The notes under the pieces were generated by a model. That model was not told where the DNA came from. It did not search any database and was given only the letters and a program-made list of their open reading frames with translations. DNA of 64,000 nt from Octopus sinensis (taxonomy: Eukaryota), in assembly GCF_006345805.1 (NCBI RefSeq), contig NC_043013.1, positions 26,474,001 to 26,538,000 of the forward strand, in the 5' to 3' direction. Every line of letters starts with the position of its first letter. The first letter of the stretch is position 1. Both the position numbers and the translations under genes were made by a program. Positions 37,193 to 50,405 of the stretch are shown piece by piece.

Positions 37193-39982
37193 TTGTCTTA
37201 AAATATTAAGGACATATTGGATAATGATGTCCTATATAGACTGTGGCTGGAATGACTTTGCTCATGGATCTACTTCATCAGAACTTGCCATGGATTAAAT
37301 AATAACACAACCCTTTTAATATTTCTGCATATTACATTTGATTTTATAATATATTAGAGGAATATCCAGTGTTGCCTGAGAACTGAAGAACACTGGTTGA
37401 ATAAGAATCGTCATAATTCATTATTTCAAAACAGTGTTTATATCATTTGTAAAAGACATGCATTTTGTTTTCTTTTTTAATTTTACTTGGATTTCAATAA
37501 CCTAATGTAAATACCATTTCACCCATGCCATATATGCAATATATATGAAAGGTATATCTGTGTAATGATTAAGTGTAACATTTTATATGAGTACATGTTT
37601 GGAAGTTGGCATCGCCAATTTGTAATGGTTAAGTGTAAGACCCAATTTTAACAGTTTATAAACATTAGAGGTCACCAATTATAATGATCATATGTAACAT
37701 TAATATTCACTGAATGAGTGAAGAATATCAATTGTTAGCTGAAATAGTCCTTAATTTATCATCATGATCATTACAAAGTAAATTACAACTACTGTGAGTT
37801 GTTGAGGTACACAGGATTCTGTAGATAGTTTCATCTGTGGCTGGCAACTAGAGAGAGGAAAGGTAAGAGATCTAGGCAGATAGAGAAAGTAAGAGCAGTG
37901 TTGTCCCTCACATAAAGGTGCTTCCTCCATTGGTGCAGGAAAAAAGAAGGAAGAAAGAGGGATGCTCTTAGACCAGAAGCCAAATGACCAAAGAGATAGA
38001 ACTGATGTTTGGTTGCATATTTATATTTTCTCTAACTAAATTAGGTCAGGTTAAACATAAGATTTTCCCTCTGTATCAGCTTTGACTCATATATGATTCA
38101 AAAAGATTAAGAAGGTCAGCTTACTCTTATAAATTTCCTAGTGGAAAAAGTAAGAACAAGAAGAAGAAAACCTGTAAGAAAATGTGGATTTGGGTTCAAA
38201 TCCTTGCTTAGAAATTTGGAAGCTATTCGTAACATTGGTATACAATATATGACTGAGTTATCCAATAAGCATCCTCCTGATTGTATCTTTTTGATTTTTA
38301 ATTTATTCAGAAAACATTTATGGATTTCTTTGTTAGAAACAGGAGATTACAAGTGTATCAGAAACAAAAAAATGTTTACCTTCTCCATAACCCTAAAACC
38401 TAATTCTAAACCCTAAACTATAACCTTAAATTCTAAGTCTAAACCCAATGCCTAAAACCAAACACCAACCATAAATTGAATTTTTCCTTGCAATATAATT
38501 CACCAAAAAAAAAAAATTGGTAAAGTAACTGTTGGTTCATTGTTTAATGATTGTGTGGTTACGAACATTGCTTCAGAACATAATATCAGCTTCATTCTAA
38601 TTAATCACATCATTAAAACATTAGAATTAGAGTTAGAATATTAAGCTAGCATAATGTCAGTAATTTGTTTCTAGGAATCCACAGAAGTAATGATAAAAAA
38701 GTAGGTAGTTTCCAAGTGAAAAAGCAAAAGTGTTTTCCTACAAAATGAAACTATTAGGGGAGAAAAAGTAAGATGGCAGACTAGAGTGTGCAGGACAGAT
38801 ACAGTAAAAACATGCAGTGTGATATTGTCATTTTGGAATTGATCAACAAAATATTTTGATTAAATTTTAAGTAAGTCAGAACTATTAACTACTCAAGTGG
38901 GAGTTACAATGATTACCAGCAAATGTATAAAATAATTATTTTCTGCAAATCTATAGCCATTTTTCATTGTATTTGACTTTGTCCATGTTGCGGAGGGGGA
39001 AGGCAGATGGATGGATAGATAAATGGATGGATTTTCTTTTTCGTTTTTCTCTTCCCAAAACTTTCAATTAACTATGCTTTTAACTTATCTATACTGAGTT
39101 GTTTTAAAATATGAAATGCCAACACTTCTCTTTTATTATATCAATGCAGAAAAGAGAGAGAGAGAAAAAGAGATAAATCATGGCATTTTTATCTACATAC
39201 AGCCTTTGAAATACAATATACATACACACACACACACACACATATGTTTAGAAGTGAGTGTATGTGTTGATGTCATGCATGAATTCTCTATTACATGAAT
39301 AGTTAAAGATTACTTTTGTGTGTTGGTATAATAAGTGAGATCTTTCAATTCTCTGTGTTCTAGAAACCAGAAATGAACTGGTAGTTATGTGAGTAAAAGG
39401 GGCTTAAAAGTACATTAGCTGAAACATTTTATCACCACATTTTATCACAATAAACATAAACATGCTAGCATACCACCATTTCACATTTGATTTTACAATA
39501 TATATACTGATACACACACACACACACACATATATATGTACATATACACAAACATATATATGTATACATATATACACATGCATATATACATACATACATG
39601 TGTATAATGCCACATATCCATTTCCAAGTAAGTTTATCTTAATCTTTTTGATGCAACTCTACTCTATACTGTTTTCTCCCCTATCGTTTTCTCTCTCATC
39701 CTTTCTCTAATTCCCTTTTTTCTCCTCTTCACCATTTTCTATCTGTCTCTCTCTCTCCCCGTCTTTCTACATTTCTTTCTCTCGTTGCTCACACATGACC
39801 ATCATTCATGTTTCTTTTCTTTCAGGACTGCCCTAAGGAGTGGCTGTACCCTATCACTCTCTTCTATCTTTTCTCTTGTCAAAGAAAATAATTCTCTAGT
39901 ATTTGCTATTTTACCGTTGTTCTGGTCTAATACAGCCTTTATTTGTTTGTTTTCATTCAGTTTCCTTATATGTCTCCACTGT

Positions 39983-40043
<61 letters not shown>

Positions 40044-40077
40044 CACACACACAACACACACACACACATACATATAA

Positions 40078-40290
40078 AGTGAACTGGCAGAATTGTTAGC
40101 ACACAGGACAAAATGTTTAGTAGCATTTCATCTGTCTTTACATTCTGAGTTCAAATTCCACTAAGATGAGTGGTGCTTTCATTTTTTAGGGGTCAATTAA
40201 AAAAAGAACCAGTCAAATGCTAGGAACCAATGTAATCGATTTTCCCTCTCCCCTCAAAAAGTGTTGGCCATGTGCCAAAAATTTGAAACC
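40078..40290 (+). mobile_element. SINE family A, abutting an RTE LINE
   Basis: GAACTGGCAGAATTGTTAGC head; AAATTTGAAACC tail. Confidence 0.8.
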
Positions 40291-41460
40291 ATATACCCAG
40301 TGTAAGCTATGGACACATAAGAGGTGCAGCAACATCAAAGGAAAATTAACTGAGAAGATGGCTTTCATGTGCAGCAGATGCACAGGGGCAATAGACACCA
40401 CAGATACTCAGTAAACAGATTTCATCACACTCCTGGGGGAGAAACTAGAAGTAGTTGATAGTTTCCGCTACCTAGGTGACCAAGTTAGTAGTAGGGGTGA
40501 ATAAGAATAGCCTGGGCAAAATTTAGAAAGCTTCTTCCCCTACTGGCGACAAAGGCTCTCTCGCTCAGAGTGAAAGGTAGATTGTACGACGCATGTATGC
40601 AAACTGCCATGCTTCACGACAGTGAAAAATGGGCCATGACTGTGGAGGATATGTGTAGGCTCGAAAGAAATGAAGCTAGCATGATCCGCTGGATGTGTAA
40701 AGTCAGTATGCATGCACGACAGAGTGTAAGCGCCCTGAGAGAAATGTTGGACATAAGAAGCACTGGATGTGGTGTGCAGGAGAGACGTTTGTGTTGGTAT
40801 GGTCATGTACTACAGATGGATGAGGAGAGATGTGTGAGGAAGTGCCACTCTCAAACTGTTGAAGGAATCTGGGGTAGAGGTAGACCCAGGAAGACAAGGG
40901 ATGAGGTGGTCAAGCATGACCTTCGAATGTTGAGCCTCACAGAGCCTATGGCAAAAGACCAAGACCTCTGAGATATGCCGTGACTGCGAAGGCCCAACAA
41001 ATGAAGTGAGTTCATGGCTTGCAGGACGGCCTGCTGTGCTAACCTTGGATCGTAGGGTGACCTGATGTACTTGAGGAGACCTATTGAGTCAAGTACATCT
41101 ACATCAAAATTAAAATCAATGGAAATTGTAGTTGTGATACCTGTGCCGGTGGCATGTAAAAAGCACCATCCGAATGTGGCCGATGCCAGCGCCGCCTTGA
41201 CTGGCGTCCATGCTGGTGACATGCAAAAAGCACCAACCGACCGTGGCCGTTTGCCAGCCTCCTCTGGTCCCTGTGCGAGTGGCAAGTAAAAAGCACCCAC
41301 TACACTCACGGAGTGGTTGGCATTAGGAGGGGCATCCAGCTGTAGAAACACTGCCAAATCAGACTGGAGCCTGGTGCAGCCTCCTGGCTTCCCAGACCCC
41401 AGTTGAACCGTCTAACCCATGCTAGCATGGAAAACGGACGTTAAACGATGAGGAGGAGGA
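40290..41460 (+). mobile_element. RTE-clade LINE, 5'-truncated (ORF C-terminus plus 3' UTR)
   Basis: CKLWTHKRCS, LEVVDSFRYLGD, KGRLYDACMQTAMLH..RLCWYGHVLQMDE..RGRPRKT; ends GGACGTTAAACGATGAGGAGG. Confidence 0.9.
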
Positions 41461-42504
41461 AGATATATGATAAACACAGGCACATATGTAACATACCTCT
41501 GCACCTACCAAGCTTGCTGCTAAAAGGCAACAAATGTCAGTTATTCAGATGGGAAACAACAAATAGTTTAAGCCTTCAATCCTTAGCATAGGTAGATCTG
41601 TATCTCTGTATCACGATACGCTACAATGGTAGGAATGATAATTGTTTCACCTACAAACTTCATTATCAACAGTACAAGTTAACGAAAGAACTTATATGCA
41701 ACCACTCAAACTGTTAAAAATAGAAACCGAATCTTCTTAAAATCATCACTACCCCCTTTCCATCTTAGAATGAAATAACACAAAGCATGTGTTCCTGAGT
41801 GCTGTGCTTCTAAGGAAACGATAGGAGGGGGAGTCATAACTGAAATGCTTTTGATCAGAGGAGTGCTTGGTAGGGCTGACCTAGAACCAAGCAGCAACCA
41901 TCAATGGCCATTAAATTGTAGACAAGATTATCTTAGTTTTTCACTATATCTCACCAACTATCTTCCATATTTAAAGAACAATCTTCTCTATGGTGCAATG
42001 ATCAGAGATCTAATAACTGTAAAACAGTCTGAAATATGAGGAATACAACTCTGTGACATAATGCTGGACAATTATTTTGGAACAAATACATTATTCTCAA
42101 GTGAAAAGGTTATGCATTTCATTTACTTTTGTTCAGCAAACAGAAACTGGATAAAATGCTTAACAATTTGATTATGGGCACAAAGTTTTCTATGGCTCAA
42201 AGGATAATAGAGTTGCAATCATTAAGACATTGGCCAACTTGTGACATACATGTATTACATGGATCTAGTTTTGTTAATAAAAATGTGTCTAAGATAATAA
42301 GCTCCAACCAAAAGATAATCAAAAGGTAATCAAACATTATCCTGAGTAACAGATAATCACACATCAAATGAAACTTACAGGAAATTTATCCAATTTTGTA
42401 CTTTTCTTTTAAAAATGAATAATTTATTTACAAATTTGGGAGTTGTGTTTACCAAGCAAGTGATCTGAGACCATGTGTTGAATGATTCCCTTTGCCATAT
42501 CTCA

Positions 42505-42690
42505 GAAGGTGGTGAACTGGCAGAATCGTTACTGAGACAGGCAAAATGCTTAGCACCATTTCTTCCAATTTTACATTACAAGTTCAAATGCTGCCAGGGT
42601 GAATTTCACATTCCATCCTTTCAAGGTTAATAAAATAAGTACCAGTTAAGCACCATAAATTACTGGCCTTGTACCGAAATTTGAAACCAA
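42505..42690 (+). mobile_element. SINE family A
   Basis: GGTGGTGAACTGGCAGAATCGTTA head; GAAATTTGAAACCAA tail. Confidence 0.8.
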
Positions 42691-43369
42691 CATTTATTTC
42701 GCACTCAAGAGTGGATGTTGTTTTAGAACACAAGATACTGCATTCTTTGCCATGAGAGAGCCTCTCATATAGACTTGTGTTGCATAAAAGCACTCATATT
42801 TATATTGCAAATGGGCAATAACCAACCATGACAGTTCTGGCAGATGTAACAAATGGTTATCACCTGTTAACAAAACATAGATGTGTTTTTATATGCACCA
42901 TTTGAGAAGACCTCACATGATAAATAATGTAGTATTGCGTTCTAACACAACACCCACTTTAATACATTTTAGTATTAACACTGCTTCAGTCACTATTAAT
43001 TATCTTTTAAATAAACCCACTTCGCATTTATTTCTTGAAATGTGAAATCAGAACTTTCTTGCGTAAAGGTAACCTGATACGTGACACAGTTCCAATGGAA
43101 CCAGGTTGCTGTTGTGCAACAAGAATTTTTAAAGTTTTTGAATGACTAAAAGTGCTCTCCCACAAAATAATTACTAATATAAATGTTTTTCCTAATATTT
43201 CTATGCTTTTAATGAAATTTCATATACAATAATGCTGTTACCCAGAATAAAAAGAAACATGGAGATAATATGCATATATTTCGTTATGAAATGGGTTTTG
43301 TAGAGAAATTGAAACAAGAATTGTTATTCATGATCTGAACACAAAAACAAGGTATCTTTCTTTTATCTT

Positions 43370-43745
43370 ATGCTTGTTTTAGTCATTGGACTGTGGCCAT
43401 GCTGGGGCACTGCCTTGAAGGATTTTAGTCAAATGAATTGACCCCAGTGCATTTTTTTAAGCCTGGTACTTATTCTATCAGTCTCTTTTTGCTGAACCAC
43501 TAAGTTACAGGGACATAAACACACCAACACCAGCTGTCAAGCAGTGGTGAGGGACAAATACAGACGCAAAGACACACACACTCATATGTATATATATATA
43601 TATATATACATGACAGGCATCTTTCAGTTTCCATCTATAAAATCCACCAATGAAGCTTTGGTCAGCCCAAGGCTATACTAGGAGACACTTGCCCATGGTT
43701 CCACACAGTGGGACTGAACTTGGAACAAGGTGGTATATTGTGTCA
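43370..43745 (-). mobile_element. SINE family B
   Basis: Collinear with 60285-60686. Confidence 0.85.
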
Positions 43746-44084
43746 TAAATTAAATACCATATGTTTAAACAGCATCCTATGTTCTTGTTAAACTCAAGAT
43801 CAGTCTTGATTGATCAGGTGTATGATCAAAAGCATTCATTCCAACTATGACCAGCCTGTTCTTCTCAGTGTTGTGTAAGTCTACATTAGTCAATGTTAAT
43901 ATTTGGTGTTATTTCTAGCAGATCAAGCAACCGCATAGAAAGGTCTTTAGTAAATAGGGTGGAAAGTGTGACACAGTATTAATTACGGTTTCTAAAAATC
44001 ACAAATAAAGCAGGCTTTATATGTCAAGAGTGAACAAAACATTTATTGTAAGTGGAGCATGAAAATGTAATCAATTCTCTTTAT

Positions 44085-45135
44085 TTGGCCTCCTTCTGTT
44101 TGTTGCATACATTAATGACATAGATGCCAACTTAAAAAATGCCACAGAGCTGAAATATGTAAATGATATCAAGCTCTACCTTGAGATAAAAAGGACAGAT
44201 CCTGAACACTATAGATCATTCCTGCAATCAGATCTAGACACAATGCAGCAATGGATCACAGACTGGCAACTCAAGCTGGCTGTGGACAAGTATACCACCA
44301 TGCATTTTAGGAGGAAAAACCCAGCATTCACATACTCCCTCCACAACACTAATATCAAGATGTCTTCTAGTGAACATGACCTGGGCATTACTGTCAACAG
44401 CAATTTGCACTGGACAAAGCACATCTCTAAAATTGACAAGAAGGCTGAGAGTGTCTTAGCATCACTCAGCAAGACCTTTGTCAGTCACCCTCCAGCTATC
44501 TATTTAAGGTTGTATATGGCTATGGTGTGGCTACACTTGGAATTTGCATCACTAGTCTGGAACCCCTATCTTACTCAGGACATTGACCTCCTGGAAACTG
44601 TTCAGGGACATGCAACCAAGCAATTACCCTCCATCAGGCATCTACCATACTCTGAATGCCTTGCTTCCCTGGGCATAGATACACTGAAGCTCCAACATCT
44701 AGCAAGTGATTTGGTAAACACCCACACAATTATTAACCATCATGCCAACAACCACCTTGAGCACCTTTTTGAATTCCATGTGTGTAACAGATGTGGGCAT
44801 GCCTACAAAGTCAATAAACAGCACAGCTCCCATGACTTTCGGAAACATTTTTTCATACTCAGAGTTGCTGACGCACAGAACAAACTACATGCATCAGTTG
44901 TTAGATGCTGAGACACTGCATCCTTTAAAACCGCCATGCTTCCTGAAATTCACCAATACTACACCTGATATCCCACCCCAACTCCATACACATGCACACA
45001 CGTATACCATGACTCATACACTGTTCACTTTCCTGACTTTTGTACATAATACTATGTACTATATATATGCACCTTTGATAAGCTGTAGTGCAACTGAGCA
45101 CCATACACAATAATTTCATTGTTATTATTATTTTA
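44085..45135 (+). mobile_element. CR1-clade LINE, 5'-truncated
   Basis: Collinear and highly similar to 20980-22010; ORF 44243-44911. Confidence 0.92.
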
Positions 45136-45869
45136 ATGTAACAATACAGAACTCTTTCCGGCACATTCTAACCACAATCCATTTCCCTTACTACTACAAT
45201 ACAGCAAGTGAGTGAGCAACATCTGTGAATTATCTACAATATATTATTACGAACAGTGAATTGATAAACAATCAATAAATAATGAATTTTTTGAAACTAG
45301 GACAAGGACAATTTTTCTAGCAAGAGGCTGATCTACTAGAACCAGCTTCAGTGTTGTATATTTCTGATACTCCTATTATCAACATCGAAAGTTAATTATA
45401 AGTTTTGGAATAAGAACAGAGAGAGAGAGACATTAGATACTGTGTACGTCACCCCACTACACTAGTAACTCTATTCAACCATGACTTTCACACAACATTT
45501 ACATAAAAAACAGTAGTCGGGTTGGTGTTAACTTAACAAAGGGAGCAAATATATCTAACTGGAAATACATGTGCTGAAACTGACTAATATTATTTCAATC
45601 CTTTCAGCAATTACGGTAGACAATACCAGACATGCTTCAGTTGTATTTGAGATTCTCAGTGAAAATAACACTAGGGTAAGGAAACTGTTGTAGAAATATA
45701 TAATTGTGGAAATACAGAACTGATTGTCTTAATAGTTTAGTTACATATAAGCTCTGAAGTAGCAGACCTATGCTCACAGACAGCTGTGATCATACAGTTT
45801 TGTTTAGAAAATTTTGTTTTTTCCTTTATGTATCTACAAATAAATGATCCAGGGTGTATTTCATTTTAA

Positions 45870-46090
45870 CCCTTTCGATACTGTATCTATTTTGAGATGA
45901 TCTGTGTTTCTCTCAATTACTTTAAATATAACAAAGAATTTAGTAAAATAACTTAGTTATCATTAAGCTAGTGTTAGGAACATAAATTGTGACTAAGGTT
46001 TTGCGGAAGATTTTAATTCAAAACTTATGAAAACAAGAGATTTGTACTACAAAACCAGAGCCAGTTTCAGCCAGGTTGGTAACGAAAGGG
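45870..46090. mobile_element. piggyBac-like MITE
   Basis: TTAA|CCCTTTCGATAC ... GTAACGAAAGGG|TTAA with a perfect TTAA TSD. Confidence 0.88.
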
Positions 46091-46732
46091 TTAAGATGAT
46101 AAGGCACGTTTTGAGATTTGACTCCATCGATAGCAAGTTAAGAAACCACATAGAGAGGGTTAATAGTATGCTGCACTAAGATTTAAGAGGTAAAAAATTT
46201 AACAAATGTTTTAGGAAGGAAAGACGTAGTTAGTAAGTTTAGGAGAAAAGCTAGATCTCTCTAACTTTCATGTCCCGGTTTGCCTTGCCCTTAGAGCAGT
46301 TGACAATGATACAACTACATCAGTCATGGGTGATGATATATTCTTGTATTACTACCCAATTGACTATGTAAGTGACTAGCATGTACTCGACTTCATCAGA
46401 TATTTTAAGCATCTATGGGTCTATTCCTGATGGTTCATCTCCCTTCATCACCTTCATTGCACTTGTAATCATACAACTATCAACTCTATGCATGAACAAG
46501 TGCAACTATTAATCCAGACACACTTTCCTTTCCTTTCTTCATCTCTTTTCTATCCACATTCTTTTCTGTAGAAGAGCATAAACTCAAAAGACTTTTTCCA
46601 TTTTTCCTGAGCATCAACAAACTCTGGTTCCTGTTCCCTCATCTGTCACTGTCTTGTTTTTTTTTTTGTATCATTTTGAACCATACATAAATATATATAT
46701 AGATAAATAGATAGAGATATAAAAACACACAC

Positions 46733-46780
<48 letters not shown>

Positions 46781-47177
46781 TCATCGTTTAGCGTCCGTTT
46801 TCCATGCTAGCATGATATAAATACATACATGTATACATATACAGATATACACACACACACACACACATATATATATTCTATTTATGTTTTATTTCCTCTC
46901 AATGTAAGCAAAAAGCAAAGTCTGGAAGATGCACAATGTAAAAGCACACCTTTCATGTAAGTCTGTTGAAATGCCACTCTAATGTCTAAAACTGCAAATA
47001 TTATGTATATTTTCACTTCAAACTTTTATATAAACTGGAATTGAAAGCAGAGTTGGTACAGAAACAATTGTAACTGAATATTAAAGATGTGTTAAAGTGT
47101 TTCTTTGTGTTGTTATTTGATTTATATTTTACTCTTCGCAAAATCCACAGAACTGTTTTACTGTTTTAAACATTTAA

Positions 47178-47595
47178 GGAGGCGAGCTGGCAGAAACGTT
47201 AGCATGCAGGGTGAAATGCATAGCCATATTTCGTCTGCCATTACATTCTGAGTTCAAGTTCCACCGAGGTCGACTTTGCCTTTCATCCTTTCGGGGTCAA
47301 TTAAATAAGTACCAATTACGCACTGGGGTCGATATAATCGACTTAATCTGTTTGTCTGTCCTTGTTCATCCCCTCTGTGTTTAGCCCCTTGTGGGTAGTA
47401 AAGAAATAGGTATTTCGTCTGCCACTATGTTCTGAGTTCAAATTCTGCCGAGGTCAACTTTGCCTTTCATCCTTTTGGGGTTAATTAAATAAGTACCAGC
47501 TATGCAATGGGTTCAATATAATCAACTTAATCCATTTGTCTGTCCTTGTTTGTCCCCTCTGTGTGTAGCCCCTTGTGGGCAGTATAGAACTAAGA
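47178..47595 (+). mobile_element. SINE family A subtype with tandemly duplicated body
   Basis: GGAGGCGAGCTGGCAGAAACGTTAGC head; unit TATTTCGTCTGCC...GCCCCTTGTGGG repeated twice. Confidence 0.88.
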
Positions 47596-47754
47596 AACCA
47601 AGATTTTTTACACATGAAGAATTTCAGTATTTGTCTCAAATCCAACAGTGTTGATAGCCCAGAACTCAGGTTGAGTGCTACATGGAGATACCCTATACCC
47701 TATTTTATACCCAACCAGGACCTTATACATACATAAATGCATGCAAGCATACAT

Positions 47755-48045
47755 ACATATATGTGCGTGTGTGTGTGTGTGTGTGTAAACAGAGTTAGCA
47801 GTTGTAATAACTGACTAAGGGATAAAATGTCCGTATGTACTATCAGTATCTGTTACCCATATTATCCTCAGGCATTGGTGTGCAGATACACTATGAATGT
47901 AGAGTGCAAGTAATAACAGGATAAACAAGAGTTTATCAGAAACTAATGCAAATAATCAGAAAATGGAGAAAACCTCAGATTAACAAACACATCGATTGGA
48001 CCACATTTATAGCTTATTCTGTAATACAAACAAATGGGTGATGCA
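47755..48045. repeat. Left arm of a roughly 290-bp inverted repeat; right arm is split into 50370-50405, 51170-51338 and 52752-52830
   Basis: About 91% identity (about 15 mismatches in 170 nt, counted by eye) to the reverse complement of 51166-51337, continuing across both insertions. Confidence 0.9.
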
Positions 48046-48249
48046 AGCCAAAAGGAAATAAAACAAAGACTAGCCACATGCCAACATTCTTTTAGAAATA
48101 GAAACTTAATTGGGAGCTCAAAGATAGTAACACTAGCTTCACATTAAATTGGGAAATCCTCGCTACTGCACTTACACATAATGAAAAAAAAAAAAAAATG
48201 TTGCCTTTGCATTAATGAAATGTTTTACATTCTAACAGCATGTAATCAA

Positions 48250-50405
48250 CTAGTGAACCTGAGAGATGGGCGAAGTGTAGCTTGCCAGCACAAACGGATG
48301 TCTACTTTCGGTAAATATAAATAATACTAGAAATACTTATACTACCCCATAATAGTACTTATAACCCCACAGCAAATAAATAGTACACCCTTGATAGTTT
48401 AATGTAGGTTACACATCTTACTCCTTAATTTATAGTTGGCCTTGTTAGCAATAACTGAGGCTCTTACCTTTTCCCTAACTATTACTTATTTCTTATATCA
48501 ACTAACCTTTCCCCCTTTTTATCATAACCTAACTCTTTGTATTAATGCTTATTATTTCTATCATAACTGATCCGAGAACACAAAGGCCTTAGGTTTTCTA
48601 CCATATAGTCTTTTACCCCTAATAACCACTTCAAATCCTAAATCTTATTTAAATTTCAATTTTAGCTCTTCCTATCTTGCTTGCTTTCTTTACCTTCTAG
48701 CATCTTTTATACCATGGATTTATTTATCAGCACTTGCTGGAATTTGGACTTATTTCACTACTAATTGTTCTTTGCCCCACTCACTGCCTTTCCCCCATTT
48801 TAATGTACATTCTTAGCACTGCATATATTCGGGCAATATTTCCCCCATGTTTGATTTATTTATCCTTTTCATTTTATTTTTTCTTTATTTTATTGTACTC
48901 TATATCCATCCTCTCCCACCTTACATTGTATGTGTTTGTTTGTTTATGGAAGTATGTTACTTGGGCTTACCAGGAGATATTTGCATAAATTTGTTGCACG
49001 ATGTAGAGTGGTATGTGTTGCCCGTTAATTGAAATTGTATGGCTGCACCCACTTAAAGTTAATATTAATTATTAGATTTTATTGATAGGGATATCTATTT
49101 TGAGGGTAATGTAATATAAGCACAGCTTGTTGATTGTAATAGTATTTCTGCACCCACTTGGAGTTAATATATCTTGGTTATTAATTTTAATGATTAGATT
49201 TAATTAGTATTTCATCCTTATTTTATTGCTATTTTTAGTATGTTTAGTAAATTGTTTGATTTAAGGTAACTTTTCTCATAGTACTAATCTGCCTGAGGGC
49301 CTGGCATTATCTCTACGCATATAGTACCAATATACTCTTTTAAATTGTTTTACAATAATAGGAACTATATAACTTTAATGACTATTTAATGCATATTAAT
49401 CATATTTAGTATACTGTGACAACTAGGGAGTTTCATTATCTGATAATATTCATCATGGTGATTTGACCTTAAATATTAACTGCCTAATTGTAAGTGCCTT
49501 TTTATTTGTGCATTGTAAATGTACCTATAAGATGGATTTTTCTTGTGTACCTCTATATATCTAATTATTACCAGAATTCCCTATATATGAGGTTAAGCCC
49601 AATTTTATTTCCTAGTAGCCTTAATTGAATCTCTGAATTACCAGTACTAGTTGCCTCCCCTTAACCACAACCCATGGGTTCTTTCTTCATTCTTCCCTCA
49701 TGCATGTTGAAGGACATAAGCAACCCCAACACCACCTGTATCATTGACTTCTCCATTGGAACATTTTTCTTTTCTTGTAACGGTTTTAACTTGTGACCTC
49801 AATACAAATTATAACTGACCATTTGTAGAGACTGCTGGATTTAGACTTGCCCCATTGTGGACCATAGGTGGGATTCTCGGGAATAATCTTTGTGAGCAAA
49901 TTTTTTTAAACACCCTATGGTAATTGTTTATATTTACTTGAGTTTACTTCGTTAGCATAGGTACTACTCAGTGAAAGTCATGTTAGTATTTTCCTTATAT
50001 ACATTTTCTTGATAACTTCTTTTTTTAAAACATCCTGCCTACCCACCTACCCTTTAAATTGCATCCACCCATTAATAAAATATAGTATTCCCTAGACCAT
50101 TACTAGCTCAATTTTTTACCTATGGACCTCATAGTCCCTAGATGGTAAATTATATGCTTTTAACATATTGGGCTTCTAGACTTTTTTCCAGGCCATGTTT
50201 TCTTTCCTTTTCCTTCTTCCCTTTGTTTATATTATGTGCTCTTGTTTTTTTACTCTGATAAAGCCCCATGCCTTAATTTGAATGTCCTATGAAGATGAAG
50301 AACTTTATTCTTGCATTTCTTTATAGACAGCATTTTGGCAAGTGATCGGAAACGGCCGTAAGATATGTTACATCACCTATTTCTTTGTCTTACAAAATAA
50401 GCTAT
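48250..50405 (+). mobile_element. Decayed Penelope-like retroelement or derivative with a hammerhead-like 3' terminal repeat
   Basis: CTGATAA...long hairpin...GAAACGGCCGTA at 50255-50360 and an inverted terminal-repeat arrangement. No intact ORF was found. Confidence 0.45.

Noticed and set aside
37555-37705. CRISPR-like repeat-spacer array
   Set aside because: Eukaryotic context, only three highly degenerate units and no cas genes.
38125-38171. Micro-exon candidates (13 or 47 nt) with a long polypyrimidine tract and GTAAGC donor in intron 1
   Set aside because: Neither preserves the frame, and such sites are expected by chance in a 21-kb intron. No independent support.
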